Below are positions 43,858 through 53,865 of a stretch of DNA of 64,000 nucleotides, one piece after another. The stretch lies in contig OZ025714.1 of assembly GCA_964019335.1 (NCBI GenBank), forward strand, positions 124,001 through 188,000, in the 5' to 3' direction. Position 1 is the first letter of the stretch. Every line of letters starts with the position of its first letter. Below the pieces are notes generated by a model. The model saw only the letters and a list, made by a program, of their open reading frames with translations. It was not told the DNA's origin and searched no databases. This DNA is from Diplonema japonicum. Lineage: Eukaryota > Protista > Euglenozoa: Diplonemea. Made by a program: the position numbers and the translations under genes.

Positions 43858-46800
43858 CCATACCGAGTCGCTTTCTACTAATGTTAACGTCGGTGTGGGC
43901 GGAGGTGGGCTTGTCACGTCAAAAGGAGGCTGTGGGAGGCGCATGGGGTCGTCCGGGATGAGCTTCGCCTCTTCAATGACGCGGCCCAGCTCGTCCGTCA
44001 GCACAACAGCCGCCTGGCTCGGCATGTTCGATGTCTGCGTCGCAAACATAAACAGCAAAGGCGCTGTGAGCTGGACTTCCCCTGTCAAGACGCCGTCGTC
44101 CTCCGAACGCCCGTAGTCGAGCACGGCTGCTATCTTACCCTTCATCGTGATGTACAAGCACCCTGGGGTGTTGGTGCATTTATCCGGTGCGTTGGCATGT
44201 TGCAGCTTGTACTTCAGCACACCCACGCCCTGCAGATCCCCAGTACCAGGTATAAACTCTCCTGTGAGGTTTCCACTCGACATCATCCCTGTGAAGTTCA
44301 GCCCTGTTGGGAGGATTCCTCCACGCATCACGCTTTTCACAGAAGCAGACCCGACGATGCTAACATGCAAGGCCCCCCGTTGCAGGGCCCATAGTTCAAC
44401 AGCCGAAGGAAGCAGAGCACCCCCAACGACAGGCGGCAGCAATGTTGTGGCGATCATCGACATTAACATGTACCCTGGTGTCGGGACCCATTGCAGGGTG
44501 TCCGCGGTGAGGGGTTGTGTCGTGCCCGGCGACCCAAGCTGTATGACGGCACACCCTGGTATCGAAGCGGCCATGCAGTTCGGCGACGAGACATCCTCTG
44601 CCCTGTAGTAGTGTGTCATGTCCCACGACAAGGCTTTTGTGTCGCTACGGTAGCTCATAGGGCTGCTCCCTGTCACCCCTTCGCAGCTGGCATCGCGGAA
44701 TGTGCAGTACTCCCTTGTCATGCATTTCGCCTCGAGGTCGCCCCCGCACCTCTCGTTTACCGGCGGTGCCGTGTTGTACAGCGACATGTTCGTCGTGAAG
44801 GTATCGCAGGCTCCTCTGCACGGCACTACAGGGCTCAGTTCCACCTTTTCCCCCGCCACCGTCATGTTGCCTGTGATCTTGGAGCCGTCCAACCACATCT
44901 TCACGACGTCGCTCACCTGGATGGGTATCCAGGACACCTCGTCTGTTATGACAACGGGTTTTCTTGTGCCTGTCCATGCCATCTCTTTCACAGTGTTGGT
45001 GAGGGACTCGTTGTGGATGACCTGCACCTTTGCCATCAGCCCGCCAATGTAGTCCACCCGTACGTGTCCTTGCATGACAAGCGGGGACGGTGTGGTGTCA
45101 AAGATGCCCTCGTCGAAGCCTGCTGTCACAGAAGGCAGGTTCCCTTGCACCTGTCCCCTGACGCTTCCATCGGGGAACCTGTTGGTGTTTATTGTCAGGT
45201 ACGTCCACCCGTTGCGCAGCGCGCGCAGGTGCGGGCCTGAAAGGACCACGCTGCTGACCGTCATCGGCGACACAACGGACTCGGTGGTGAGGACCCCTGC
45301 CATGCCCCCAGCGTACCCGTAGGTCCCCATGCGCAGCTGGAGACATCCTGTCTTCAAGATCGTCGGACACTGTCCGTTAACCGTGTTGTGCCAGAGTTTA
45401 GTCGTCAACTTAACCTCATCTTCGATGGTGAGGGTAGCGTATCCGGTGCCAGCTTCGGTGCTGCTCGCCTTGCTGGACACCTGAAGGTTGCTGAGGTGTG
45501 CCCTGAAGGACGAGGCCTGAACATTATTGGGGGGGTACACCACGGCACCTCGTGCTTGGTTGCTGAGGTCCAGAACAACTTCGCCAGCTTTCAGCCTGTC
45601 GACTAAGGTGATTGACGCTGGGATGAAGCCTTGGTACTGTCCGGAAGGGGACAGCGTGGGGGAGAGAACAGAGATGAGGGTCCCGTCTCGATACCTGAGG
45701 ACGACGCAGCTGTCAGCACAGTCGGTGAAGGAGGTCGTGGCGACAGAGTAGAGGAGGTGATTGGAGGATGGGTGGTACTCAAAGGTTGCAAAGCAGCGTG
45801 CAGCGAACTGTGCAGGGACTGGGAGGAACGCCGACGAACACTCAGTGACGAACATCTCGGCAGGCTGGTGTTGCCAAACCCGACCCCAGCCCTTGGCGGG
45901 GTCCCCTTTATTGACGTACAGCGAACTCGATAACATCCCGCTCACCACATACTCTGGGACTGCCTCGCCCACTGTGACCCATCCCTGAAGCACCGTCGTG
46001 CTGCTACTGTTGGTGCTCGGCACCCACGAGTACCCGCACTTCGGGACGCACAATGTAGAGGTAGCCAGTTTCCTTGTCACCCTGTTGTACATCAGGTCCC
46101 CCACCTCCCCATCCACCTGAGCCTTGAAGACTATCACTTCTCCTTTACTCGTGTCGTTATCAAAGCCTATCCCCGCCAGCGGTGTTGCGTACAACCCTGT
46201 CTCCATCTCACCGTTGGTGTTGCCCCTTGACGTCACCCTGGCGGTGGTTGTATCAGTCAACAGCATCAAGGCTTTATACATTAAATTGGGGTCGGTCGAT
46301 CCTGACAGGGTGGTGGTGATGTATCCGCTGCTGGGGGTTGTCATGAGGCCGAAGTCCAGCAAAGGTGCACAAGGTGTCGTGTCGGGGGAATGAAGAGTTA
46401 CGCAGCCGACAGACGTCACACCGCAAGGCATGTTGCACTGGCTTTCCTGTGAGCTCAGAGGTGTGAACCGCATCTGTGTGGACAGCAGTAAACCTGACGC
46501 ATAGTGCAGCTGGTAACGCGCTGTGCCGGAGGAGCCTGTCCCGAGATTGAGGTAGGCACTGTTGAGGTACCCATCGCCCGACGTGATAAGAGTGTCGGTA
46601 GGGGTGACAATACCCGTTCCTGCTACTGTTGAGGAGCTTGTGTTTGTGACCTCGACTCTGCCAAGACCTCCTCGGAGGCAGCGCAGCATGCTCTCCGTCA
46701 CTTCGACAGGATCCACGCCTGTGATGAAAGTACCAGCCGGGCACTGCAGCGATATAACTGTCGTCGCAGCATCAACATCAACAGTGGGAACCAACATTTT

Positions 46801-49800
46801 GCCTCTAACCGTGTACGTGACTCTCATCATTTGCCATGAACCGACGGTGAGGACAGCTCCGTGGCCCCACACCGTCTTGAAGACGACCCCTTCAGAGCTA
46901 GACATCACGTTCCCCACCACTTCGCCGCCTTTTCGGTTATTCGTTGTCATGTTGAAGGCGATAACACCCTTTCTCAAAGCGACTCTCTCCCATGGCAGCG
47001 CGTAGAAGACAGACCCCCACGTAGTGTTTAGTCTACTGAGGGGTATCTGTACACCATTGATGTTTGTGAGCGAGCGCAACGTAGCCCCTGAAGGGGCATT
47101 GAGCTCGAGGGCTCCCTGTAACGCCGGACCCATGGCATGCACCACACGGTAATAAACCAGCCCCGACTGGTAAAGAGTCAGTAAAGGGAGGATCTTTGGC
47201 TTAGATAAGGCTCCCATGTCGTCGATCGCATAGGGGGGCTGTGTTCCAGCGTCGGGCGTGGCTGCCAGCTGATCAACATAAAGCTCTTGCGCGGGTGTGT
47301 CTTTCAAGTAAAGCTGACACCGCGTCTCCCCTTGGTTGTTGTGGTGGAAGGGGATCACAACCGCGTAACCGTAACCGCTAACAAGCGCACGGAGAAGGTC
47401 AGCCCCGATCACCGCGTTCGGGCTCACGTTGATATCGTGCACTGTGAACCCGTTATCACCCACACCGCCTATGCCGATGAAGATTCCGTCGATTTGCGGC
47501 ACTTGGTTGTAAACACTCGCCTCCATCTGCAGGTTTTTAACCGTAAGCTTCGTGATCCTTGCCTCGAAAGGTGTGTCTTTCACGGGCGGGATGGTCTGGA
47601 ACCCTTGCATCGAGCCCCCGACGCAGTCGAACGCCATGTCCCCGCTCCCTGTCTTCCTATTAATCTTACCCATGACGGCAACCCTGTTGCCCGTTAAGCT
47701 GGCCTCCACACCTTGTGTTCTGAACATCAGCATCAGAATCGAAGGGACGGCAGCTTTCAATAGAGGGATAGAGGCCAAGTACCTGTCCCATGTAATATCA
47801 TACGAGGTGCCCGGCAGGTCGTAGATGGAGCTCTGTGCTGTGAAGTTTCCCAGCCGTCCCGCTGTGACGATACAGGGCATCGGAACGCATTCGATGTTCG
47901 AAGGGACGATCAGCGTGGACTCCATGGCACCGCTGCTGGGGTGCACCGATATCTCCATTTCCGCTTGGGTGAAATCCCCGTCCTGGGTGAACAGCAGGCC
48001 CGAGAAGATATCGACGGGCTCGTTGGTCATTATGGGGACCTCGTCGACACCCTCAGTGATGTAAGCAACCCACCACCCCGCACGGAGCTCTGCAAGGTCA
48101 CGAGGGGTCACGGCAACAACACAAACATCGTCGCATAGAACACCCGTATTTCTCGGTCCCCTAATATAAACAGGGGTGGGGGTGGTGTAGTTCATGGTGA
48201 ATGTTTTCTGGTCGACGACAGCGGTGACGGGAGTGTCAGCGACGGTGAACGTGAAGGCCCAGGCTCTGCTGCCCGTAGGGAAAACATCGACCGGCGTCCC
48301 AGCCATAACGGTGGCCGTGACAGAGGCTTGAAAGAGATCCCGTGCGGTCTGGAAAGGAATATCCGACGGGGTGGCACCCACTACTGTACCGGGAAGAGAA
48401 CGAGCAGGCAAGTCATACGTAGACGTCCCCTGCAGCCTAATGGGCGACACGCAAGAACCGCATGGAGGAGCTGTAAATGCAGCATCGTATGTAAGCTGGA
48501 AACCATGCATATCAAGTCCCAGTCGGACGTACTGTTCGGAGTTAAACGAGTCGAACGCCTTGTGCGGTGTCGTTGCCACCATTGTTGCGGACAGCTCGCC
48601 GTACGGTGCATCGGGGTACTTTTTTGTTAGCAGTGCCAGTGACACCAAACCTTTTCGGATGCTGTCTTGCAAGCCCTTCAGCGTGACGCCGGGTTCTAAA
48701 TCGTCTTCGAACACAACACCGCTCATTGCAGCGACGTCAGCGGGCCCAGCATGCCTCCCGCGCAGCATGTTGGCCACGATGGTCTCATTCCGGATCATCA
48801 CCAAGCATGAATACGTCCTGTTGCACGATGCTTCCCCATCGAGGCCCTGTACGGAATGCGTGAGGTTCCATGTGATGTTGTACCCGGGTTGGAGGTTGAA
48901 CACGGCGTGCCCGGTGTGCTCGTCCGTCCGCATCACAGCTTGGTAGTAGTTGGTGGAGTAGTCTTCCAGCGGACCGTCGACCACGAAATCAGGTTCCGAT
49001 GAATGTGAGATCCTGACGCGCATCTCGGACTCCCTCTCCATGAGGGAGAATCTCGTAATACCCCCGAGGTTGCTCCATGACCCGAAGCCCCCAAGCGAGA
49101 TGGGCCCGTCGCCAAGCCAGAACCCGATAAGACGGTGGAATGCTGTGGGAGATGCAGGGAGGCTTCCGTTGGAAAACTGCGACGAAGCGAAGGCCTCCAC
49201 AGCACCCCACGGCGACGAATACGAACGAACCCTGGCCAACCCTGGGACTGGGTACTGGTAAGGAAGGTATGAATCAGGGTTCGGGTTGTACATTTCTGCG
49301 ACTTGCGCGTAGTTTTTCGAACGGAGGAACGGTTGCAGCTGCCCGCGGTACATTTCTGTCCCTGTGGAGCTCCGCAGGGACGCGAACATCGCACCGCTCC
49401 TCATTGCGGAAAGAATGCTTGCTGGGTACGCCATAGGAGCGGGCGGGATAATAGTGGGATCGGCGTTCTTCTCAAAAACATAACCCATCGAGAAGTTCGC
49501 GATGGTATCATCTGAATCCACGAACGGCAGACCCACTCGCATGTCGAAGATATCTGTTCCGCTGGGCGACAAGCCGGTCAGGTCGTACTTCATGAACAAG
49601 GTGTTGGTGTATGTTACTTCGACATAAACGGTGAGCTCGCCGACTGTGTCGAAGGTGTTTTTGATATCTGATGAGATCTGCTGGCCTTGAAGGACTGCCT
49701 TCAGCTCGAAGGTTTCTCCTTTGAAAGTGTCGATTTGAACCTCGGCAAGCTTTCTCCCGCTTCCGTCCTCCGCGTACATTGTCGTACCGCGCAGTTTTTG

Positions 49801-50565
49801 CGCGTCCGCAGAAGAGAGGAAAACCGTGCCTTCCGCGGTGAGAGAGGTCCCCAAAACGCTTTGCATCGCTATCAGGGACGACGCAATGTCCGCGGATTTG
49901 AGGAAAACGGTTTCGTTTTTGAAATCCAGGTTTTTAAGAGAGAAGGAAATCCGGTTGGGGTGCATTGCGTCGCTGGGGCGTCCGGGGATCGTGTCTACAT
50001 AACTCTCAACCTCAACGTCCAGAGAAGGCGCTGTAACATTCACAGGCGCGCTTGCGTTTTCGACAGATGTCAGCCAGTTAGGTTGCGCGGCTTGCGGGAT
50101 CAACCACCCGCTGATTTTTTTCAAGCCCGGTGTGTTGTATATCACCGATACCCTGTACAGACCATCGTCAAGGTTGCCCTTCTGCGAGGTTGTGTTGAAA
50201 TCAGGACCCATAACGCTTTCCTTTGGTATTGTGTCGCCTATGCCAGGGTAGTACACCCGTGAGACACCTGATAGGTTCTGCCGCACTGGGTAGTACATGT
50301 CGCCGGTTAGTGAGTTTTCAAGGACTACGCATTTTCCCAGCATGACGGTGTCGCAGCCGTCGTCCCAAACGGTGTTGTGAGCGGTTTGGATCGATACGCC
50401 GCTTGATAGGATCTCAAACCACATTTCCCCGTAATATGGTGTGTCGAGCACCCCAACAGGTGCTTCGTCTAGCCGGCTTAGCCTTGCATAGTATGCATCA
50501 GCAGAACTTGTCAATGTGGGGTACAGCAAGAGCAAGGTGAAGGTTTTTATGGTCGTCGTCGTCAT
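42919..50565 (-). CDS. Giant type I membrane protein with many tandem CHRD-like domains and a Pro-rich/coiled-coil cytoplasmic tail; 4 exons (50565-43864, 43824-43711, 43655-43080, 43005-42919), ~2492 aa
   Basis: Signal peptide from ATG 50565. CHRD signature FRAHLSNLQV..GTGYATLTI..LRNGWTYLTINTNRFPDGSVRGQV, with several weaker copies (MRSGAMFASLRS..MYRGQL; LRKGVIAFNMTT..GGEVVGNV). TM WWFWLIIGLVLFLLIMLVAYL. Confidence 0.85.
43006..43079 (-). other. GT-AG intron, 74 nt, phase 0, poly(A)-rich
   Basis: CGG|GTATGG...ATCACAG|CTG; removal continues the coiled coil (DARLHSRRDENAHLQSLL). Confidence 0.85.
43656..43710 (-). other. GT-AG intron, 55 nt, phase 0
   Basis: GAG|GTACGT...CAACACAAG|GCC; joins ORF 43699..50706 to ORF 42747..43751. 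Confidence 0.85.
43825..43863 (-). other. GT-AG intron, 39 nt, in-frame, no stop, almost pure poly(A)
   Basis: TCG|GTATGG(A)nCAG|AGC. Confidence 0.88.
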
Positions 50566-50895
50566 TTTTTGTATTATTATTATTATTATTATTATTTTAT
50601 TTTTTTTTTTTTTTAGTGTTCTCGCATTTTTTTTTTTTTTTTGAACTCCTGTTTTTGATGTTTGACAAAAGACAGGGGGGAAATAAAAAAAAAAGTTCCA
50701 CAACATTTGGCGAGAGAGAGAGAGAGAGAGAGAAAGGAACTACACAACGGAGGGAAAAACAAAACAAAAAAAAAAAGAAAAGAAATCATCTATGGGATGG
50801 CCTTTTCAGCTGTGTTGTTGCATCATCTTCCCACTGTCTTATGATACTGACTAGTTTGTGATTATTCCGCTCATAGGCGTCTAGACGGGCCTCCT

Positions 50896-50943
<48 letters not shown>

Positions 50944-51348
50944 CCCGTGTTCGCTCCTCATACCAGGGTTCTTGAAATTTTGCTAATCGCTTGTCTCAGC
51001 TCTTTAGTCGAACAAACTTCTAAGTCCAGGTGCACAATAGTGTCAGATACACCGTAAGGGGTACCTGGGGGTGGTCCTCCAACCTGCCCAGTTGGCGAAT
51101 TGCTGAAACGCTTGCTCATTCTTCCCCTTCTGGTAAATATTGGTTTCCCCCCCCTCCCCCCTCCACCACCCCTCCCACCCTTTTTTTTTTTTTTTTTCTT
51201 CTTCTTTTTTTTTTTCCGGGTGTAAAATAAAAAAAAGAAGGGGAGGGGAGGGGGAAATAAAAAAAAAAAAAAAGAGAAAAAAGATAGATCCGGCAAATAA
51301 TAATAATAATAAAAGGAAAAAGAAAGGCGACGGTTAAAGGGTAAATCT

Positions 51349-51453
51349 GGCCACCCCCTGGGGAGCGGGGTTTTTCTCTTGATGCTCCCTTCTGGAGTTT
51401 CGCTTTCGTTCCGGTTGCCCATAGCAGCGTCCCAGCTGTCCGGTGTGTGCTGC
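51349..51453. repeat. Dispersed repeat family B, divergent copy
   Basis: ggcc.ccc.tggg..cccttctggagt..gctttcgt..agcgtc..gtgtg.tgcg aligns with 28711-28816. Confidence 0.65.
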
Positions 51454-51586
51454 GAGGCAAGGTGAAGGTTGGTTTCCTTGCAAAGCCTCGGCGGGAAAGG
51501 CTTCTTTTTATTTCTGTTCTTAAAAAAAAAAAAATAAGATGAGAAGTTTATAACCCGTAAACACGTTCGCGCCAATTTGTGTAATA

Positions 51587-51620
<34 letters not shown>

Positions 51621-52262
51621 CCTTGTGAGTTTACAAGGGCTCATTCGTTGTTTTTTTCTTTTTGCTTTTCGTCGGTTTTCTTTTTTTTTTTTTTGAAGTT
51701 TGTAAATATGGAAGGTTTCAAAAATCTTTTTTTCCTTTTTCTGTCGAGTTTCCAAGCCAATTTTCTTATTTTTAATTTTTTAAAATTCTAACCTTCCCTA
51801 AACTCGAAGGGGAGAAAAAAAAAGGGGGGGGGGGATGGGAAAATGAGTTAAAGGAAGTCGTTGTCTAGACCCATCCTCATGTTTCTTTTCCTTTTTTTTT
51901 TCCCCTTGGTTAATTTTGGTATGGAAACGGGAGAGAAAAAAAAAAAAGATCATCTCAGTGAATTTTTATCCTTGGAATAGAGGTGAGCTGGAACCCCACC
52001 GACAGCAGAGAATGGTATGCAGCCTCTTGCAGGACTACCACACCATTTATATCCGCACTTTTATTACCGTATTTAATAAATTGCTAAAAAGGGGTTCAAA
52101 TTATGGGGAATAAACAAAAAAAAAAAAAAAAAGTGATATACATCTTAGAGCTCCTATTTCTTTTTGTTTCTCTCTCACATGTTTGCAATATGCTGCAGTA
52201 ATATTTAAAAAAAAAGGATTTATGGGGTAAAAAAAAGGGGGAAAAAAAAAAAATGGGGCTTT

Positions 52263-52579
52263 GATTGCAACACTAGGTGGCGTTAAGCGTGCAATGAAGT
52301 ACGAACTACCTACTTGATTACAGGGGGCGCTCCTCGGCCGAGCAGTAGCTTCTTCTGCGTTCCGCGTCGTGTCCTTAATGCGTGCGGTGTGCTCAACCCA
52401 AGCCGGGGCGTCCCGGGTAACCAAGATTCTGCGCTCGTGCAGTTTGCTGCCTGTTCGTCACCCTGAGCATCTGCGTTACGTTCTTCCACTCGGGCGCTAC
52501 CGGTGATGACCGACGAGGAGGTCAACAGCGAACAACACATCTGATGTACTTCTTATATTTCCATGTTATCCCCACCACC
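52263..52579. repeat. Dispersed repeat family C, copy 2
   Basis: Nearly identical to 30190-30499, same orientation. Confidence 0.95.
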
Positions 52580-53070
52580 ATTAAAAAAAAAAGAGGGGAG
52601 AGATGAACAAGAAAAAAGGAAGTATTTTGTCAAAGCTAACTCTTAAGGTTTCCCCTTCTAAAATCTGCAAAGAAAAGGGAATACCACACAAAGAGGTAAA
52701 CCATCCGAAGGGGCTGTAGTGTGGTGCTTCTTTATCAATAGCAAGACAAAAAAAAAACCCCCCTTTTCTTTTTTAGAACAGGGAGCTAAAAGAGAGGAAA
52801 ATATGAAAGAGGGAGGAAAATATAAAAGAAATATAAGGAAGGGGGGAAGTGGGGTTCTTTTTTCTTTTATGGGCCTTCTGTCACTCGAAGTTCTGTCATT
52901 CCTTTCGCTTTTCTCTTTTTTTTATCCCCCCTTCCCACCCTTTTTTTTTTTTTTTTCTTCTTTCCCCCCTATTCATTATTTTAGTTATCTATTCTTGGAA
53001 AAAAAAGGGGAAGAAGAAAAAAAAAGGGGGGAAAGAAAAAAAGAAAAAAAAGAGAGAGAAAAAGAAAATG

Positions 53071-53432
53071 TGAGTCTGTCCGGAAAAAATGTTGACAAAT
53101 GGCCCAGAAAACCCTCGGAAAATTTCCAAGTACAAAAGTAGTCTGCCACCACTTTGTGTGCAGAATTGCGGTCTAAGTGTGTGCACCATATAGGTACACA
53201 TCGCGCGCCGCACCGTGCCGTTTGTTTCATTTCTAAAATGCATGGTTTTCTGTGGTTTTTGGCAGATGGAAAATGTGAAACTTAAGGGGTCATTTTAGGT
53301 AAGAGCGGCAACAGGTACACCATATATGTCATCTTCCTATGGTTGCATGCTGCCCTTTTTTTTACTCAAATAATCAAAACAAAAAAATCTTCTGCCAAAA
53401 AAAGTATTGGTTTTTTTTTCCGGACGAGCTCA
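53071..53432. mobile_element. Putative MITE (362 bp) with imperfect 19-bp terminal inverted repeats
   Basis: Left TGAGTCTGTCCGGAAAAAA versus reverse complement of right TGAGCTCGTCCGGAAAAAA (16/19). The right end is followed by TA. Internal inverted pair at 53256-53266 and 53391-53401. Confidence 0.5.
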
Positions 53433-53468
53433 TAAAAGAGTTAAAGGAGGCCGGTGCGCCCTGCACAA

Positions 53469-53610
53469 GAACTATCTACTAGATTACAGGGGGCACACCG
53501 CGGCACCGAGTTGCAGCTTCTTCTGCGTTCCGCGTCGTGTCCTTAATGCGTGCGGTGTACAGCTTCAACCCCAGCCCGGGTAACCAAGATTCGGCGCAAT
53601 TTGCTGCCTG
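53469..53610. repeat. Dispersed repeat family C, truncated copy 3
   Basis: Retains agcttcttctgcgttccgcgtcgtgtccttaatgcgtgcggtgt and cccgggtaaccaagat..tttgctgcctg. Confidence 0.9.
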
Positions 53611-53865
53611 GAAAAAAAAAAAAAAACCAGAGAAAACCATGTTTGTGATGGTTTTATTCAAAAAAAATAAATTCCCCCCCCCCCAAAAAAAAGAAGGGAA
53701 AAATAGAAGGGGGGGTGATTATTTTAAAACACAAAAAACTTAGTTCCTAATTTTTCGCTTTGTATCATAGTTCATTGGGGAGGGGGGGGGGGGGGGATTA
53801 CGGGAACAAACAAAAAAAGGAAAAAAAAGAAAGAAAAAACAAAAAAAGGGCGCGCGCGCGCTTTA

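Noticed and set aside
1328-43863. Idea that all introns have 3n length
   Set aside because: Five have lengths of 37, 55, 58, 71 and 74 nt, and homopolymer lengths are unreliable.
50958-51119. 53-aa ORF ending CSTKELRQAISKI, faintly like the helix preceding RT domain 0
   Set aside because: Too short and weak to call.
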